Assembly (NCBI GenBank): GCA_021604145.1
Contig: BQIX01000002.1
Span: 9,250 to 73,249, forward strand
Length of the DNA: 64,000 nt
Direction of reading: 5' to 3'
Origin: Nitrospirales bacterium
GTDB taxonomy: Bacteria > Nitrospirota > Nitrospiria > Nitrospirales > UBA8639
Of this stretch, positions 61,396 to 64,000 are shown piece by piece (position 1 is the first letter of the stretch; every line of letters begins with the position of its first letter). The position numbers and the translations under genes are program-made. Under the pieces are notes generated by a model that ran no database searches, had not been told where the DNA came from, and saw nothing but the letters and a program-made list of their open reading frames with translations.

Positions 61396-63054
61396 TTACC
61401 GACCCATCCTCAAGATGATTTGAAGTAATTCATCAGCTACGGTAAGCAATCGAGCGGAAGCCTCAAACGACCGTTGAAAACTCAACAGATTCGTGAGTTC
61501 TTCATCTAAAGACACCCCTGATACGCTTTCCCGTAAACTTTGAAGTTGGTCGAGATTGAGCTTCGTATTGGCCAAAGCCAGATTCGATTCCCGCGCTGCG
61601 CTGCCCACATTCCCTAACGTAATGGTCTGATAATCGTTTAACGTTAAACTCCCGAGCGTGGCCTGGCGAGTCGTGTGGATATCTACGAGTGCTAACGCAT
61701 TCGTATTATCGCCTGGAATGCCAAGAGCGGTAGAAGCAGCCGCAATTTTATCCGTATTCGTCACAGCCAGGCTCAAGCGTTGTGCAGCGCCCTTATGGGC
61801 ACTCACCTGGAAAAAATCCCCGGCTGCGGGTGTACCGGCCAACACCACATCCAGTCCATCAAAATTGATGGCCACTCCGGATGTGTAAGTTCCCGACGTG
61901 ACCGTCCCTCCCGTCTCCGTATTCACAATAGAATAGGCCGAAGCACTTGAAAATTGCACCTCATAATTCTGGAAGGTCTGAAGTGTTGTATCCGTAATCG
62001 CTACGGAACTGCCCAAGGCTGTTCCACCATTGGTATCGCTTGCCACGGGAGCTTGAGGGGTTAACGCCGCGAAAAACGGGTTATTGGTTGTTCCATCTAA
62101 CGCAAAACCGGCCTGATGCTGTTGGTTAAATTCATTCACGAGGACCGCCGCTAACCGATCGACTCGATCCTGGAAGGCCACTATATCGGTATCCCGGACT
62201 GACAGCAGGCCCCCAATCTTCCCCCCTTGAATTTTTTGAGAAATAGCGAAGGTTGAACCGTCACTGCGGACAAAAGCCACATCCTGAAATGGGGGATTAT
62301 CGGCATCCGGAATCGTGGTCAGCCCATTCGCATGATTTCCGCCAACCAACAATTGCCCTCCAACATTAATGCCAACTCCATCGCGTAATTGCACTTGTTC
62401 GATATCAACTAATTCCGCCAAATCCTTAATTAACACGGCGCGCTGGTCTCGTAAATCTAGGGCTTCACGCGCGCTGGATTCTGCCTTAAAAATGTCATCA
62501 TTCAGTGAAGCAATACGCCCAGCTAGGCCATTAATGGTTTCAAGATGCCGATTGATTTCTTGATTGACGCCTAAGCGAATTTGATTGAACGCCTGGGCTT
62601 GATCCACCACGCTCTTGGTTAAGGTTTGTGCCTTGGCGAGAAGCACCGTTCGCTGAATGGGACTTTCTGGATTGGTTACCACATCCCGGAGGGCATTAAA
62701 AAATTCCGTCAAACCATTGGCAAGCCCTGAGTTTTCGGTTTCAGCCACAATGCCATCGGCCTGAGATAAGAGGGTCGTGCGCGCAGAAAGGAACCCAAAG
62801 TCTTCATTTTCTGAGATTAATTGATTTTCTAGAAAAACATCGACAATCCGTCGGACATTAGCCACTTGCACGCCGCTCCCAATAACCCCTTCAGAGGGGC
62901 GATTGGTCTCTAACACCACTTCTTGACGAGAGTAGCCTGGGGTATTGATGTTGGAAATATTCTGGGCAGTCGTGGCCAGCCCTTGCTGGTAGGCCTGGAT
63001 CCCCGATCGCGCTATGTTGAAGATGTGACTAATGCCCGCCATATGCTTGCTCAC
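61396..63054 (-). CDS. flgK: flagellar hook-associated protein 1 (FlgK)
   Basis: N-terminus FNIARSGIQAYQQGLATTAQNISNINTPGYSRQ. C-terminus DEELTNLLSFQRSFEASARLLTVADELL. The start may be the ATG at 63042. Confidence 0.9.
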   Translation of the reverse strand: MSKHMAGISHIFNIARSGIQAYQQGLATTAQNISNINTPGYSRQEVVLETNRPSEGVIGSGVQVANVRRIVDVFLENQLISENEDFGFLSARTTLLSQADGIVAETENSGLANGLTEFFNALRDVVTNPESPIQRTVLLAKAQTLTKSVVDQAQAFNQIRLGVNQEINRHLETINGLAGRIASLNDDIFKAESSAREALDLRDQRAVLIKDLAELVDIEQVQLRDGVGINVGGQLLVGGNHANGLTTIPDADNPPFQDVAFVRSDGSTFAISQKIQGGKIGGLLSVRDTDIVAFQDRVDRLAAVLVNEFNQQHQAGFALDGTTNNPFFAALTPQAPVASDTNGGTALGSSVAITDTTLQTFQNYEVQFSSASAYSIVNTETGGTVTSGTYTSGVAINFDGLDVVLAGTPAAGDFFQVSAHKGAAQRLSLAVTNTDKIAAASTALGIPGDNTNALALVDIHTTRQATLGSLTLNDYQTITLGNVGSAARESNLALANTKLNLDQLQSLRESVSGVSLDEELTNLLSFQRSFEASARLLTVADELLQIILRMGR

Positions 63055-63528
63055 TGTGGAGATGGACGGAGCTGGGAATCAAGGGAAAACTCAGAGCTCC
63101 ATTAGCTTTTGATACATCGGAACGGCCTAGGTGCCTAAGGCGTTGAGGATCGAATCACGACATCATGACTCATTATCTGTATCTAATCGATACTTATCGG
63201 AGACAACACCATAAGACTTTACAGAACCGTTTGAGATTTCATAGAAGGAATAATGGGTGAGATCCTCATTTCTTGTGACGGCAGCAAAGGCATAGTTCGA
63301 AAACCCGAATCTTCCAACTTGAGCGGCTCGTTTCCCAATCTCTTGGTTCTAAACCATATTCATCATTAGGTATAACCGAATTCGTGGCAACAAGCCGGAC
63401 GTGGAATTGACGATCAAAATTTTGCATCGATTGGAGCATGATCAACCAGTCGATGAATGTGAAGTGGATTGCCCCGGTAATTGATCGGACACTTTGGATT
63501 GCTTATCTTATGGCAATTGGAGGTGTCG

Positions 63529-63855
63529 ATGAAACTCAGGAAACGCACACGTTGGAACGCGAATCGGAAGGCCGAGGTGGCCCTGGCGCTCCTCAAGGGC
63601 GAGCCACTGGAAGAAGTCAGTCGCGTGACCGGGCAACCGGCTCATGTGCTCACGGGATGGAAAGAGCTATTTCTGCAGGGAGGCCAGGCCACCTTTCAGA
63701 TTGGCGAGTCGGCCAAGGAGAAGGCTCTGGAAGTCGAGAACACGTCGCTGAAGGCCAAGGTGGGGACGCTCGTCATGGACAACGATTTACTCGTCGAGAA
63801 GATCCATCGGCTGGAGGACGGGGTGCCTTTTTACTGGAGGAAGTCGAAATGCTAA
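63529..63855 (+). CDS. IS3-family transposase OrfA (HTH)
   Basis: MKLRKRTRWNANRKAEVALALLKGEPLEEVSRVTGQPAHVLTGWKELF plus a leucine-zipper-like tail. GGAGG lies before ATG 63529. Confidence 0.8.
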   Translation: MKLRKRTRWNANRKAEVALALLKGEPLEEVSRVTGQPAHVLTGWKELFLQGGQATFQIGESAKEKALEVENTSLKAKVGTLVMDNDLLVEKIHRLEDGVPFYWRKSKC

Positions 63856-64000
63856 GCGAGACCTATTCGATTTCCTCGAAGCGACGGTATGGGTGGTCTC
63901 GTGTCTGTCGTGCCTGGGGGCTGCCTCGCTCAACGGTGTATGACTGGCAGCGGCGTCGGCAGACGACCGGCAAGACCGTGGAACGACGCGGTCGCCGACC
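63849..64000 (+). CDS. IS3-family transposase OrfB, N-terminal part (partial)
   Basis: Own translation: MLSETYSISSKRRYGWSRVCRAWGLPRSTVYDWQRRRQ... (HTH_21-like). -1 frame relative to orfA with a 7-nt overlap. Confidence 0.7.
   Translation, partial: MLSETYSISSKRRYGWSRVCRAWGLPRSTVYDWQRRRQTTGKTVERRGRR

Larger units (their letters stand above)
63460..64000 (+). mobile_element. IS3-family insertion sequence, left part (continues beyond the window)
   Basis: Candidate left end TGAAGTGGATTGCCCC at 63460. orfA and a -1-frame orfB follow. GC-richer than the flgK flank. Confidence 0.65.

Noticed and set aside
63820-63855. Programmed -1 frameshift site at the IS3 orfA/orfB overlap.
   Set aside because: orfB is in the -1 frame as expected, but I could not find a canonical A-AAA-AAG type slippery heptamer. 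orfB also has its own ATG, so no frameshift site is called.
1-64000. CRISPR arrays, tRNA/rRNA genes and riboswitch-like leaders.
   Set aside because: Reading the intergenic regions, I saw no regularly spaced direct repeats and no tRNA-like T-arm/acceptor signatures. A covariance-model scan (tRNAscan-SE, Rfam) would be needed to exclude small RNAs.

Overview
This 64-kb bacterial window has Gram-negative envelope features: lipoboxes, TolC-type and beta-barrel proteins, and Tat signals. It reads as a mosaic accessory region dominated by copper and heavy-metal functions. No rRNA, tRNA or CRISPR array was recognised.

Gene content from left to right:
- 1-8.4 kb, all minus strand: a mobile or defence-like block. 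It holds an SF1 DNA2/Upf1-type helicase that runs off the left edge, a string of tiny ORFs, an orphan receiver, TraT, a Sel1 protein, a DUF1257/DUF2997 pair, and a methyltransferase-like gene with no visible catalytic motif.
- 9-23 kb: cusCBA, a TPR lipoprotein, gdhA, multicopper oxidase plus CopB, a Cys-rich CorE-like ECF sigma factor, lipoproteins, and a Met/Gly-rich LTXXQ protein.
- 23.4-27.2 kb: a three-gene module consisting of a membrane-anchored FNR/2Fe-2S reductase, a membrane protein with two H-x13-H pairs, and a heptahaem cytochrome c. An HD-GYP protein follows.
- 29-35.4 kb: a second copy of the small Cys/His membrane protein and the CorE-like sigma factor, then a nucleotidyltransferase, Rieske protein, cytochrome b/c, cytochrome c, and a Cyc2-like fused monohaem-porin.
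- 36.5-42.5 kb: small metal-motif genes, two methyltransferases, a receiver, an SPFH protein, and a YHS-fused alpha-glucan phosphorylase.
- 42.6-51.3 kb: nhaA and a V-type ATPase operon in permuted gene order.
- 51.3-61 kb: saccharopine-dehydrogenase-like protein, phosphoketolase, a beta-PGM/GH65 fusion, and a Cu P-type ATPase.
- 61-64 kb: an IS6 remnant, a lone flgK, and a partial IS3 element.

Recurrent themes are paralogous modules, gene-tail remnants, and a conserved bipartite promoter-like element after both sigma genes.
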